From the NCBI GenBank assembly GCA_963743915.1, contig CAVURN010000002.1:448001-512000 (forward strand): a stretch of DNA of 64,000 bases, written 5' to 3'. Origin of the DNA: an uncultured Actinomycetota bacterium (GTDB taxonomy: Bacteria > Actinomycetota > Actinomycetes > JAHEKZ01). Shown here piece by piece: positions 32,414 to 43,420 of this stretch. Below the pieces are notes generated by a model. The model had not been told where the DNA came from. It did no database searches and was given only the letters and a program-made list of their open reading frames with translations. The position numbers were made by a program, and so were the translations under genes. Position 1 is the stretch's first letter, and every line of letters begins with the position of its first letter.

Positions 32414-33136
32414 TCAGGCTGCGGTGACTGCCGTGCGCTCACTCGCCGCACCCGCGTCCACGGGACGTGAGGTCTTCGCTCGCGACGCGTAGACGTCGAC
32501 GTACTCCTGGCCGGCGAGCTCCATGAGCTCGTACATCAGCTCGTCGGTCACCGATCGGAGCACGAACCGGTCATCCTCCATGCCCTCATACCGCGAGAAG
32601 TCCAGGGGCGTGCCGATCCGGATGCCGATCCGCCCGAGCCGGGGAATGATCTTGCCGGGAGGCTGCACCTCACGCGTGTTGATCATCGCGACCGGGATCA
32701 CCGGCACCTGCGTCTCCAGCGCCATCCGCGCCACGCCCGTCTTGCCGCGGTAGAGCCTGCCGTCCGGGGACCGGGTGCCCTCGGGGTAGATGCCCAGCAG
32801 CTTGCCCTCGCCCAGCACCCGCAGACCGGTGGCGATGGCCGCCTCGCTGGCGCGGCCACCCGTCCGGTCGACGGGAACCTGTCCCACCGCACCGAAGAAC
32901 CAGGCGGTCAGCCGCCCCTTGAGGCCGCGCCCGGTGAAGTAGTCGCTCTTGGCCAGGAACGTGATGTGCCGGTCGACCATCAGGGGCAGGAACACCGAGT
33001 CCGAGAACGACAGGTGGTTGCTGGCCAGGATCGCCGGGCCGTCCTCGGGGATGTTCTCGAGGCCCTGTACCCAGGGTCGGAACAGGAGACGCAGCCACGG
33101 ACCGACGAGGACGTACTTCATCAGCCAGTACAGCAA
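32414..33136 (-). CDS. plsC: 1-acyl-sn-glycerol-3-phosphate acyltransferase
   Basis: NHLSFSD, FLAKSDYF, VPVDR, IYPEGTRS. Confidence 0.92.
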   Translation of the reverse strand: MLYWLMKYVLVGPWLRLLFRPWVQGLENIPEDGPAILASNHLSFSDSVFLPLMVDRHITFLAKSDYFTGRGLKGRLTAWFFGAVGQVPVDRTGGRASEAAIATGLRVLGEGKLLGIYPEGTRSPDGRLYRGKTGVARMALETQVPVIPVAMINTREVQPPGKIIPRLGRIGIRIGTPLDFSRYEGMEDDRFVLRSVTDELMYELMELAGQEYVDVYASRAKTSRPVDAGAASERTAVTAA

Positions 33137-33316
33137 AGCGTCTCCTTTCCGGTCCGGACGGCTCCCCTCGGGCGCGGCGGACCTGCCGCAGGGCAGCCTA
33201 TTGACCGCATCTGCCCTGGGCAACGTCCGGTCGGGTGCCATCGCGCCGGACACCGTGTCACGATGGCGAGGTGGACCGCCGACCGGCGGCACCGCCCCCG
33301 GCCACCGGAGCATCTT

Positions 33317-34123
33317 GTGCCAGACCGCCCCGTCCAACCCGGCGCCGCGCCCTTCCGGCACGACGGCGGCAGCACCGGAGTGCTGCTCTGCCACGGCTTC
33401 ACCGGCTCCCCTGCCTCGCTCCGGCCATGGGCGGAGCAGCTGGCGGCGGTCGGACTGTCGGTGCGGCTGCCCCTGCTTCCCGGACATGGCAGTGACTGGC
33501 GTGACCTCGCCCTCACCCGCTGGCCCGACTGGTACCTGACCGTCGAGCGCGAGCTGCTCGACCTCGCCGCCGTCTGCGACCAGGTCTTCGTCATGGGGCT
33601 GTCGATGGGCGGCACCCTCACCCTGCGCCTCGCCCAGCAGCATCCCGACGCGGTCGCCGGCATCGCCGTCGTCAACCCGTCGGTGCACTCCCGCAACCAG
33701 GCCCTGAAGGCGCTTCCCGTGCTCCGTCACGTGGTGCCCGCCGTCCCAGGCATCCGCAACGACATCAAACGCCCGGGGCAGGACGAGGTCGCCTACGACC
33801 GCATGCCGCTGCAGGCGCTGCACTCGCTGACCCAGCTCTGGGCGGACGTGTCCCGCGACCTGCCGTCGGTGACCTGTCCGGTACTGGTCTTCGCCAGCGA
33901 CGAGGACCACGTGGTCGAGCCGAGCAACGCCGTCGAGGTGGTCGAGCGCGTGGGGGCCACCGACGTCACGATGGTTCCCCTCCACGACAGCTACCACGTG
34001 GCCACGCTCGACAACGACGCGCCGCTCATCGTCGAGCAGAGCCTGGCCTTCGTCCGCCGCCTCACCGGCGACGAGTCGATCCCCACCCCAGCTGCCCCCT
34101 CCTCGGCCGGGCGGAGGCCGTGA
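33317..34123 (+). CDS. Carboxylesterase / alpha-beta hydrolase
   Basis: HGFTGSP, LPGHG, GLSMGG, DHVV, SYHVATLD. Confidence 0.9.
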   Translation: MPDRPVQPGAAPFRHDGGSTGVLLCHGFTGSPASLRPWAEQLAAVGLSVRLPLLPGHGSDWRDLALTRWPDWYLTVERELLDLAAVCDQVFVMGLSMGGTLTLRLAQQHPDAVAGIAVVNPSVHSRNQALKALPVLRHVVPAVPGIRNDIKRPGQDEVAYDRMPLQALHSLTQLWADVSRDLPSVTCPVLVFASDEDHVVEPSNAVEVVERVGATDVTMVPLHDSYHVATLDNDAPLIVEQSLAFVRRLTGDESIPTPAAPSSAGRRP

Positions 34124-34653
34124 CGCCCTCCGCCGACGAGCCGCACGACGGGCGACCCGACCCCGAGGAGCTCGACGCCGAGTTCGACGCCATCGTCGCG
34201 CGCCTGACCGCTCCGGAGACCGGGGCCGCACCGTGGCCGGAGGCCGAGCAGACCTCGGACGCCGGCGACCCACCGCCGGCACCGCCACCGGTGCGGCGGA
34301 CGCCGGACCGCGACTGGGCCGAGTGGGACGACCTGCGCATCCCCTCGGTCGAACCCGAATCCGAGTCCGAGTCACCAGAGGACGAGGAGGACGACGACAG
34401 TGATGACGGGCACTTCGTGCCGCCGGAGCCGGCCCCGGTGCCACGCGGCGACTCCCGGACGCGCTGGGCATGGGCCGGTGCGTTGGGAGCGCCCGTGCTG
34501 GCGATCGTGCTGCCGCTGCTGGGCTGGGGGCTGGACGGTCTCACCGGGATTGGACTCGTGCTGGCGTTCCTCGTCGGGTTCGGCTACCTCATCTCACGAC
34601 TGCGCGAGGGTCCGCGGATCGACGGTGGCCCCGACGACGGCGCCGTCGTCTGA
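34120..34653 (+). CDS. Conserved actinobacterial membrane protein
   Basis: DAEFDAIVA, HFVPPEP, two TM segments, C-terminal DDGAVV. Confidence 0.75.
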   Translation: MTPSADEPHDGRPDPEELDAEFDAIVARLTAPETGAAPWPEAEQTSDAGDPPPAPPPVRRTPDRDWAEWDDLRIPSVEPESESESPEDEEDDDSDDGHFVPPEPAPVPRGDSRTRWAWAGALGAPVLAIVLPLLGWGLDGLTGIGLVLAFLVGFGYLISRLREGPRIDGGPDDGAVV

Positions 34654-34668
34654 ACCGGCTTGCGGGCG

Positions 34669-35995
34669 TCACCAGGGGGCGAGCAGCTCGGCTAGGCCGG
34701 CGTCAGGCACGGCGCTCCACGTCGGCAGCTCGCGGGACGCGTAGACCAGCGCGTGGCACTCGGCCTCGATCTCGAAGGCGCGCAGCAGCCGCTCGTCGAA
34801 CAGCGTCCGACCGGCCCGCCCCGGTCAGCGTCGACCGGTACGCGTCGAACAGCGTCGACCTGACCGCCCCGACCCAGGTGGGCACGCGCTCAGCGGGCAC
34901 GTCCTCTCCCCCGTTGACCATGCGCCGCAGGGCTCCGTGCGCCACATGAGCGATCTCGCGGAAGATCTGAGCGAGATCCATCACCGCCAGCTGCGGGGAG
35001 GGACACGGCACGACCAGCAGTGGGTCGAGGGTGACTCGTCCCTCGCTGCCGAGGCGGAACTGCTCGAGGCTGCCCAGGCGCACCGGTGGCAGCGTCAGCG
35101 CCCCGCCCGCTTCGGCGAGCTGGGCGAACGAGGCGCGCAGCTCGTCCATGTGGCTGCGGAGCATCTCCCGCACCGACGCGTCGGTGAGCACCATCGCTTC
35201 GGACAGCACGTCCTTGACGCGCCGCTCGAGCACCGACGCCGTGTCCGCGTCCAGGGTCTGAGTCGGCTGGGACACGGCGTCCGACGGGGTGGCCAGAGCC
35301 AGGTGGGCCCGCGCCACCACCGTGCCCAACGCCGTCGCGATGGCGAGCGTCGATGCCGACGTGTCCTTGCCCCGCAGGTGTCGGGTGGCCTCACGGTTCA
35401 GCTGCTCCGCGACGGAGGTGCCGTCCTGAGCGAGGCCGACCAGAACGATGGGGGCGAGGCCGTGCGTGCCGTCCTCGGCCTCCCACACGAGGTCGAGCAC
35501 CCCACCGGCGACCAGCTCCGGGTCGGAGTGTGCGATGTGGCGCCAGGGCTGCAGCACGGGGGCGTCCACGCTGCTGGGCTCGAACACCACACGGACGCGG
35601 TAGGTGTCCGCGACCTCGATCACCTCCTGGCGCGTCGACGATCCGACCGGCTGCTCGGTCAACGCACCAACGAGCGCCGCGGCGTCCGGTTCCTCGAGCA
35701 CGCGGACCCGCCACCCTCGCTCCTGCGGTCGAGCGGCGCCCGACCCCAGTGCCACGACACCGGTGGCCCAGCCGTCTCCCGCCCGGGCCCGCCGGGGGCG
35801 AAGGGCGTCGTCGACCAGAGGCAGGGTGTGGAAGCGGTCCGCGTCGTCGACCGCCAGCCCGATCCACGAGGGTGGCTCGGACGCGGGCAGCGCGAGCGCA
35901 TCGAGCACGCGAAGCCGATGAGGGGCAGGGACGCCGTGGGGCAGCAGGAGACGCGGCGGGATCTCCTCGATCCGCGTCACCAGGCTCTCCGTCAT
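34669..35995 (-). CDS. Maltokinase/glucosamine kinase-like protein with degenerate catalytic motifs; 3' frameshift
   Basis: LGTVVARAHLALA, DLAQIFREIAHVA; the shifted-frame tail reads LLRAFEIEAECHALVYASRELPTW. Confidence 0.55.
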
Positions 35996-36052
35996 GGCCC
36001 TCCGCAGTCTGTGCGTGCACGCGGTGGCCGGTGCCGAGCGGCACCGGCTGGT

Positions 36053-36733
36053 TCAGCCCACCACATCGACGACGACCGGTCGGTGATCGGTGGCCGCAAT
36101 GAGGTCCGTTTCGCCCACAATGTCAGACGGTGAGACGACGGACACTTTCCAGCCCCGCGGGATCAACACGGTGTCGATCCGCCGCCGAGGGGCCGACGCC
36201 GGGAAGGTCGGCTGATCATGCTCGGCGCCCACGTCCTCGTGGCCGGCCGCGAGCGCGCGCCAGGCGGGAGCATCCGCCTTCTCGTTGAAGTCGCCGGCCA
36301 CCACCCAGGGCTGGTCGCGCCCCGCGAGAAGGCGGAGGATGTCGTCGGCATGCCGCCGTCTTTCGTCAGCGTCCAGCCCGAGGTGCAGGGACCCGGCCGT
36401 GAAGGTTCGCCCCGACACCGACAGCCGAGCGACGGCCAGTCCCCGCTGGTGCAGGCCTCTCGTCCGGGGCAGCAGGACGCTCGTCGCCGCGTCCACGTCG
36501 ACCCGCAGAGTGGTGAGCAGTGCCACCCCTGCGGCGGGCTTACCGCCGGCCGCCACCACCAGCCCGGACTCGCGCGCCAGCGCCGCCAGCTTCGACTGCG
36601 CGCGGAGGAACCGGGGTGCCTCCTGGACGAACAGGACATCTGGGGCACACGTCCGCAGCACCCGGACCATCGCGTCACGGTCGTCGCGCAGCGATCGGAG
36701 GTTCCAGGTCATCAGGCGGAGCGGACGAGGCAC
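36053..36733 (-). CDS. Endonuclease/exonuclease/phosphatase family protein
   Basis: MTWNL, FVQE, HLGL, AGDFN, RID, TDHRPV. Confidence 0.9.
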   Translation of the reverse strand: MPRPLRLMTWNLRSLRDDRDAMVRVLRTCAPDVLFVQEAPRFLRAQSKLAALARESGLVVAAGGKPAAGVALLTTLRVDVDAATSVLLPRTRGLHQRGLAVARLSVSGRTFTAGSLHLGLDADERRRHADDILRLLAGRDQPWVVAGDFNEKADAPAWRALAAGHEDVGAEHDQPTFPASAPRRRIDTVLIPRGWKVSVVSPSDIVGETDLIAATDHRPVVVDVVG

Positions 36734-36864
36734 GTGTCCTCCTTTCGGGTGAAGGCGGGGACTATCGTTGCCCAGGATCCACAGGCAGAGGACACTTCTA
36801 CCAGCGCTGGACTGCACAGCGCTTGATAGGCCGATCGGGCGACGTTGCCCACCGAGGGGGACCC

Positions 36865-37373
36865 ATGATCGCTCGCCTGCGAGCGGCGAGCCGCGGCGAC
36901 GAGGGCGCGTCAGCGCTCGAGTTCGCGCTGATCGGTCTGTTCATCGTCGTGCCGCTCGTCTTCGGTGCGATCTCCTTCGGCCTGGTCTTCGCCGGCAACC
37001 TGGCGACGTCCAACGCCGCACGGCAAGGTGCGCGGCTGGGAACCGTGATCGGGGGCGATCCGGCCAACCCCAACGACTGCGGTGACATCGTCACCGAGAC
37101 CCGCGACGCCATCAAGGGCATCGGCGCATCGAACAGCAACCTGAGCGTGCAGGTGATCCGAGGCGCCACCACCGTATGCGCCACCAACGGCAGCGGCACC
37201 TTCACGACGGGGTACGCGCGACCGTCGTTCCCTGTGACAACGCACCCGACAACACGTCGATCACGGTCTACGCCCGCTCGTACACGCCGATCTTCTTCAT
37301 CCCGCCGTACTACTTCAAGTCGAACGGCTACCCGCTCGAGGGCAAGGGGGTCTACCGATGCGAGTTCAAGTAG
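36865..37373 (+). CDS. TadE-like pseudopilin (frameshifted)
   Basis: DEGASALEFAL prepilin motif, hydrophobic helix, AARQGAR. Confidence 0.85.
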
Positions 37374-38499
37374 ACCGGCTGCGCAGCATCGAGGACCGAG
37401 ATGCCGGCGCCACGGCGCTCATCCTCGTCTTCATGACCCTGATCTTCCTGGGGTTCGCCGCGTTCGCCGTCGACGCGGGGGCCGGCTACCTCAGCAAGCG
37501 CAACCTGCAGAACGCTGCTGACGCCGCCGCCCTGGCCGCCGCTGACTCCCTCGTCGACGAGAGCGGCACGTGCGCGCAGGTGGCCGCGGACACAACCGCG
37601 GTCGACGCCGCGCACGACATCGCCGCCGCCTACTCGGCCGACAACCGCGCGAGCAACATCGAGACCGGCTTCGAGGTGCGCTGCGACGACTCCGGCCGAC
37701 GGATCGAGGTCTGGTACCGCAACGGCGGCACGGTCGACTCGATCTTCTCGGCGATGATCGGTGCAGGGTCCAGGACCGCGGCCGAGCGCGAGGCTGTGGC
37801 GTCGGTCGGCGTGCCGGGCAGCGTGACCGGACTGCGCCCCTACTTCATCTGCATCACGTCGGCTGACGCCCTGCGCGCGTCGGGCGGGTGGCTCCGGATC
37901 GAGTTCCCCGCGCCCGGCTGCGGAAACCAGCCAGGGAACTGGTACACCGTGGACTGCCCGGAGGACGGAACCGGCAACAGCACCCCCGTACTGGCGAGCA
38001 ACACGACCAACGGCTGCTCGGCGGAGATCAGCATCGTCGACCTGACCTCTGCCAATGGAGATCCCGCGGCCGAGCAAGCGCTGCTGCTAGCGGCCTGCCA
38101 GGGCTCCCCAGTGCTGTCGGCAGAGCGCGGTTGCCTGACGGGTAACACCGGCAACCTGTCGAGCAACCCGATCTCCAACGCGTGGGACGGCCTGCTCGGT
38201 CAGACCATCGCGCTGCCGGTCTTCGACCTCAACACGCGTCGTCGACACCGGCAACAACGCCCGCTACCCGATCCGCGCGATCCTCGGGTGCCAAGGTCTG
38301 CGGCTACAAGTGGAACAGCAAGGACGAAGTGTCCACCGACCCGCAATGTGCCGGCGTCGTGATCCCCGGCGGCAACGACAACTTCCTCTGGCTGAAGTAC
38401 GACAGCTATCAGACGTCGGGGACCTCGAAGCCGTCCACCTGTGCCGTGGGCGACCCGGAGTGCGACTACGGGCTGCGCAACGTCTCGCTCGACGAGTGA
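37358..38499 (+). CDS. TadG/Tad-domain pseudopilin or adhesin (frameshift near 38240)
   Basis: DAGATALIL..., AVDAG, LQNAADAAALAAA; Cys-rich extracellular domain. Confidence 0.82.
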
Positions 38500-39870
38500 C
38501 TAACGCACCAGGCCGCGGTCAGCCTCGCTCGGCCGACGGTTCTTGGTCGCGTCGAAGACCACGTTGAGCGTGGCGTTGGTGCCGGAGAAGGCCACGTCGT
38601 TGACCACGACGAACGACGAGAACGGTACGTCGGTGCCGCCATTTCCACGCAGGTCGAGCGTCGCGTTGACGCCGTAGATCGTGCCCGAGACAGTCGAGGC
38701 ACCGTTGCCCACCAGCAGCATGTCGGCGGTGTTGTACCGGTCATAGACCAATGCATACCCGTACAGCTCCTCGGGCAGAGACGGATACGTGCTCTTCAAC
38801 GGGGCCTCCAGCAGGTAGCCGCCGTTGCCGGAGAGCTTGATCCCACCACCCTCCTCGCCACCCTCGGCGCAGGCCTCGGGCACAGTGCCGTCACCACAGG
38901 TGAAGTAGAACGTCACGCCGTTGGCCTGGAGCTGTCCCGCATTGCCGGAGAGCTCGAAGTCACCCGTGAACACGTACAGTCCGGGCTGCAGCACACAGTC
39001 GCCGGACCGTGTGCTTTTGTACTCGCCGTAGATGCCAGGGCCGTCCGCGCAGGGGTCCACCTTGGCGGCGAGGGTCTCCTGCGTGGCGAATGGGAGAACA
39101 TCGGCCGCCAGTGGGTCGACGATGCGTGGCTGACCGGTCTGACCGGCGCCGTTCTGGAACTTCGTTCCGTTGCTCTTCACGGTGCCCTCGACGTAGGCGT
39201 TGCCGCCGTCGAGTACCTGCGTCCCGTCCTCGGCGGCGACGTATCCCTCGAGAGACCCGGCGTAGCCGTTCGGACCGATGTCGACGTTGCCGTTGAACCA
39301 GAGGTTCCCGCCCGTGACGGTGAGGTTGCCGTTCTGAAGGTCATGGTCCACCGTCCCGAGCACGCAGAAGGAGCAGACGCTGGCGCCTCCGGGGTCGAGG
39401 CGTGCCTGGGCAAGGGCGCCGATGGTCACGCCTTCGTACCCGGCCACGCCGCCGAAGATGCTCGGCTGCTCGCGCACAGGGACGACGACCAGCACGTTGC
39501 GGGGGTAGAGAAAGGCGTCGAAGCTGATGCAGTTGGTCCCGGTGCCCGGATGGACGTACGCCAGAGGCTCGGCGGCGGTGCACGACGACCACTCCGCCTC
39601 CGTCGTGCCGTAGTTCTCTGCGGCATAGGCCTTCGCCGCATCGACTGCAGCCGGGAAGTCACCCGGTTGGTTCAGGCGTGGAGCAGTGGTCGCGTAGAGC
39701 GCGTTCGCCGCGGCGAGCGCCGCGGCGTCCGCAGTGTTCTGCGCCTGACGGCGACTGTCACGCGCGATTCCGAGATCGACGACCAGCGCAGCGATGACGA
39801 ACAGCATCACCGCCATGATGGCCGTCACGACCGCGACCGCCCCATGGTCTGCGGTGCCCTTGCGGCTCAT
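38500..39870 (-). CDS. TadG/Tad-domain pseudopilin or adhesin
   Basis: DHGAVAVVTA, LVVDLG, AQNTADAAALAAA; Gly/Asn-rich C-terminus with LQPGLYVF and SGTIY. Confidence 0.85.
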   Translation of the reverse strand: MSRKGTADHGAVAVVTAIMAVMLFVIAALVVDLGIARDSRRQAQNTADAAALAAANALYATTAPRLNQPGDFPAAVDAAKAYAAENYGTTEAEWSSCTAAEPLAYVHPGTGTNCISFDAFLYPRNVLVVVPVREQPSIFGGVAGYEGVTIGALAQARLDPGGASVCSFCVLGTVDHDLQNGNLTVTGGNLWFNGNVDIGPNGYAGSLEGYVAAEDGTQVLDGGNAYVEGTVKSNGTKFQNGAGQTGQPRIVDPLAADVLPFATQETLAAKVDPCADGPGIYGEYKSTRSGDCVLQPGLYVFTGDFELSGNAGQLQANGVTFYFTCGDGTVPEACAEGGEEGGGIKLSGNGGYLLEAPLKSTYPSLPEELYGYALVYDRYNTADMLLVGNGASTVSGTIYGVNATLDLRGNGGTDVPFSSFVVVNDVAFSGTNATLNVVFDATKNRRPSEADRGLVR

Positions 39871-40377
39871 CCACACCAGTCCCAGTTCGCACCGGTCGGC
39901 GGAGCCTCGCTACCCCCCGTGAAGGTGACGCGCGGATCGGTCTTCTCGATGGACATCTCCACCTGGCTAAGCACGATGCGGTCGTTCGGCAGGGGGATGA
40001 TCCCGGTGCCGATCCCGACCTTCATCTGCGAGCAGACCACGAGGGGCTTGCCCCGCACCCATCCCTCCGGCGCCATCACCTTGACGGCTGGGTCACCGGT
40101 GATGCCCCCGATGCGGTCCTGGGCCGTGCACATGAGCTTGAGGCTGTTCGCATCACCGCTGGCCCCCGTCAGGTCGCCGCAGGTCTCCCCGAAGTTCGCC
40201 GACGACCCCCTGCCGAGCCGCTTCGCGCACGCCCTGTCGGGTCGAGAGCGAGTCGGAGAACCACAGTCCGTACTCGATGATGCCGAACACCAGAAAGAGC
40301 AGGATCGGAACGACGAACGCGAACTCGACGGCGGCAGCGCCGTCGTCGCGGTCTCGACCCAGTCGCAGTCGGTCCAT
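39867..40377 (-). CDS. TadE-like pseudopilin (frameshifted)
   Basis: DDGAAAVEFAFVVPILLFLVFGIIEYG, VREAARQG. Confidence 0.87.
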
Positions 40378-40423
40378 GACTCCCTCCGCCGGGACGCCCC
40401 TCGGCATCCCGTCCCGATCCGCC

Positions 40424-40450
40424 ATCGGCAGGAATCGGGGAGTGCTTGAG
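40424..40450 (-). promoter_or_regulatory. sigma28/WhiG/FliA-like promoter of the minus-strand tadE
   Basis: CTCA-N17-GCCGAT on the minus strand. Confidence 0.55.
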
Positions 40451-40498
40451 GTGGGGTCGCTCCGACGGGGGCCCGCAACTACCGTGCGTAGCAACCGG

Positions 40499-41406
40499 TC
40501 ACGATGAGTGGCGCGCCGCCAGCAACGCGGCTCCGACCACGCCCGCCTCGTTGCCGAGCGTCGCCGCAACGCACCGGGGGCAGCGGTCGCCTTCCGGCAC
40601 CGGTCACGTTCTCCCGACATCAGCTGACGTGCAGGCTCCAGCAGCAGGTCACCGGCCTCACTGACGCCACCGCCCACCACGATGACCGCGGGGTCCAGGA
40701 CCGCGACCAGGCTGGCCAGGCCGCGCCCGAGCCACTCGCCCACCTCGGTGACGGCAGCCAGCGCCTTGGCGTCGCCGGCCACTTGCGCCAGCGCAGTGAT
40801 GCCGGGTCCCCCGACCTCGGGGTCACCGCCGTGCTCGAGGTACTGGGCGACGAGCGCGGTGCCGCTCGCGTACCGCTCCCAGCAGCCACGGCTGCCGCAC
40901 GGGCACGACCGCCCTCCCACGACCACGGTGATGTGCCCGGCCTCGCCGGCGAAGCCGTAGTGGCCACGGTAGAGCGCGTCGCTGAGCACGAGACCCGCCC
41001 CGAGTCCGGTTCCCAGCGCCACGAACAGCATGTCGGCGCTCCCCTGGCCCGCACCACACACGTGCTCGGCCCAGGCAGCGGCGTTCGCATCGTTGTCGAC
41101 GAGCACCGAGAGCCCAAGCTCTCGCGTCAGGTCGGCTGCCAGCGGTTCACCGGCGAGCGGCAGGTGCGGTGAGAACAGGACGTGCGTGCCGTCGGCGGCG
41201 ACGTTGCCGGCGATCGCCAGTCCCACGGCGTCCACCTCGTGGTCACTGGTGACTTCTCGAACGGCTGCGACGATGCCGACGACCAGCGCGTGGTACTCGG
41301 TGGACTCCGTCTCGGCACGACTCCGGCGCAGCACCGTCCCGGATTCGTCCAGCAGCGCGGCAGCAACCTTCGTGCCGCCGACGTCCACCCCCACCGAGAG
41401 ACCCAC
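40499..41406 (-). CDS. glk: ROK family glucokinase (3' frameshifts)
   Basis: GVDVGGTK, DNDANAAAWAE, GTGLG, GEAGH, CPCGSRGCWE; shifted-frame tail NEAGVVGAA. Confidence 0.9.
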
Positions 41407-41417
41407 GGCGCTTCCTT

Positions 41418-41720
41418 TCAGTCGATGTCGATGTGCTCGACGTCGGGTCGCGTCGCCCGCGCCCACTGGTCCTCATGCTCGCTTACCGCCGCTCGTACAG
41501 CCGCGACCAGAGCCTCGGCCGCCCGTCCGAGCTGGTCGACCACCTCCGGGTGATGGTCGCGCAGGGCCGACAGCCCGAGGCAGATCGGACAGGCGCGACA
41601 CTCGGCGCTGCCAGTTGCGATCGGCACCGACGGAATGCCGCGTTCATCCAGCCATGACGAGAGGGCATCGAGCAGTCGACCTGCCTCCTGCGCCGCGCTG
41701 CCGAGGGGTTCGTCGGTCAT
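41418..41720 (-). CDS. DUF5304-like protein
   Basis: CRACPIC and C-terminal VEHIDID; downstream of ArsA, as in the conserved locus. Confidence 0.7.
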   Translation of the reverse strand: MTDEPLGSAAQEAGRLLDALSSWLDERGIPSVPIATGSAECRACPICLGLSALRDHHPEVVDQLGRAAEALVAAVRAAVSEHEDQWARATRPDVEHIDID

Positions 41721-42937
41721 GGGTGCGCCTCGTTCCGCGGGAACAGCTGCTCGTCCGGCAGGAACGAGACCTCCAGTCTCCCGCCGCTCAGCCGCGCACC
41801 GGTCACGTCACAGCGGCGCAGCACGCTCGGGAGCGCCAGCACCCGACGGCGACCGGACACGGTGACCACCAGGTCAGAACCGACCCTCGACAGGTCAAGT
41901 GCGTCGCGGTCCGCCAAGGGCAGCGGCAAGGAGAGCAGGTAACCGCGCCCGCTCTCGACGACGCTCAGCGGTTCGGCGAGCTCGCGCACGGCAATGGGAT
42001 CGTCGCTCCCGTACACCCTCTCTCCGAGGTCGCGGAGGCTGGAGCTGCCCAGCGGTTCAGCGGATGCGTACGGGGCCACATGGATCGGCAGCGGAGCAAA
42101 GGAGTCGGCAACCTCGGCCAGCAGCTCCTGCTGCGCCTCCGCCCATCCTTGCCGCCAGGAGTCGTTGCTCGGGCCGAAGACCCGGTTGGCGAGTACGGCG
42201 TCGACGCGGTACCCGTACAGCGACAGCTGCGTCAGAGCCCGGCGGGCTTCCGCCACCACCACGGACTCAGGGGTGAGAACCAGGCGCACCGTGGTCCGAG
42301 GCGCCTTCAGCACACGCTGCACGTCGAGGAGCTCGGCCTGCAGCCGCTCGGCCGCCTCCCACACCTCAGGACGCGGGGACGGCAGACCGACAGCGGGAGC
42401 AAGCAGCGGACGGAGTGCGCGGACCACGCGCCGTTCCATGGGGAAGACCTTGGTGAGGTACCAGTCGAGTGCCTCCGGCAGGGCAAGCAGCCGCAAGGTC
42501 TCGGCGGTCGGTGCACAGTCCACGACGACCAGATCCCAGCGTCCGCTGCATGCCTGGTCCCGCACCTCGAGCAGAGCCAACAGCTCCTCGGCGCCGGGAA
42601 TGACCGTGAGCTCCTCGGCGCGGAGCGCATCAAGGCCTGCGGCACCCAGCGCGTCCACGAGGTAGCGCTGGATCTCTGACCAGGTCTCCTGCAGACGCTT
42701 CTGGGTGTCGATCTGCTGCACGAAGAGGGCGGCCGACACCTCGGTGGCTCCCGCTCCGAGCTCGACGTCGAAAGCGTCGCCCAGCGAGTGGGCGGGGTCC
42801 GTGGACAGGATCAGCGTCTTGTGACCCTCGGCAGCGGCCCGCGCCGCAGTGGCCGCTGCCAGTGTCGTCTTGCCGACACCTCCCTTGCCGGTGAAGAGCA
42901 AGGTGCGTGCAGCGCCACCCGGTTCGCCTCCCACCAC
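41717..42937 (-). CDS. ArsA/Get3 family ATPase
   Basis: FTGKGGVGKTT, STDPAHSL, DCAPTAETLRLL. Confidence 0.92.
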   Translation of the reverse strand: MVGGEPGGAARTLLFTGKGGVGKTTLAAATAARAAAEGHKTLILSTDPAHSLGDAFDVELGAGATEVSAALFVQQIDTQKRLQETWSEIQRYLVDALGAAGLDALRAEELTVIPGAEELLALLEVRDQACSGRWDLVVVDCAPTAETLRLLALPEALDWYLTKVFPMERRVVRALRPLLAPAVGLPSPRPEVWEAAERLQAELLDVQRVLKAPRTTVRLVLTPESVVVAEARRALTQLSLYGYRVDAVLANRVFGPSNDSWRQGWAEAQQELLAEVADSFAPLPIHVAPYASAEPLGSSSLRDLGERVYGSDDPIAVRELAEPLSVVESGRGYLLSLPLPLADRDALDLSRVGSDLVVTVSGRRRVLALPSVLRRCDVTGARLSGGRLEVSFLPDEQLFPRNEAHP

Positions 42938-43372
42938 TCAGCCCTCGATCCGCTTCTTCAGCTCTTTGAGGGCGGTGTCGGTGATGACCTTCTCCGCCTT
43001 GCGGCGGAGCAGTCCGATCATGGGCATCTTGAGGTCGAGGGTCAGCTCGTACTCGACGTCCGTCCCCCCGCCCGGGTGGGGGCGCAGCCGGTAGGCGCCG
43101 TCCATCGCCGTCAGCATCTGGGCGGTGACCAGGGTCCACGTCACCTGCCGGTCGTCCTGCCAGGAGTACTCGAGGGTGTAGGTGTCCTTGATGACGCCGG
43201 CGTCCAGGACGAACTCAGCCTGGGTCGGTCGTCCGTCGTCTCCGCGGGACAGCACCGTCACGGATCGGACCGAGCCGGTCCACTCCGGGTATGCCTCCAC
43301 GTCGGCTATCTCCGCCATCACTGCAGATGCGGGGGCATCGACCGTGATGGTCGACGAGGTGCGCTCTGCCAT
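42938..43372 (-). CDS. SRPBCC/polyketide cyclase family protein
   Basis: IADVEAYPEW, LDAGVIKDTY, RKAEKVITDTALKELKKR. Confidence 0.9.
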   Translation of the reverse strand: MAERTSSTITVDAPASAVMAEIADVEAYPEWTGSVRSVTVLSRGDDGRPTQAEFVLDAGVIKDTYTLEYSWQDDRQVTWTLVTAQMLTAMDGAYRLRPHPGGGTDVEYELTLDLKMPMIGLLRRKAEKVITDTALKELKKRIEG

Positions 43373-43420
43373 ACCGCTCCCAGGACGGACGAGTTGGACC
43401 GACTGCGAGGGTATCGGGAG

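Noticed and set aside
36865-40377. Invertible shufflon for the pseudopilin pairs
   Set aside because: No flanking inverted repeats or recombinase gene are visible.
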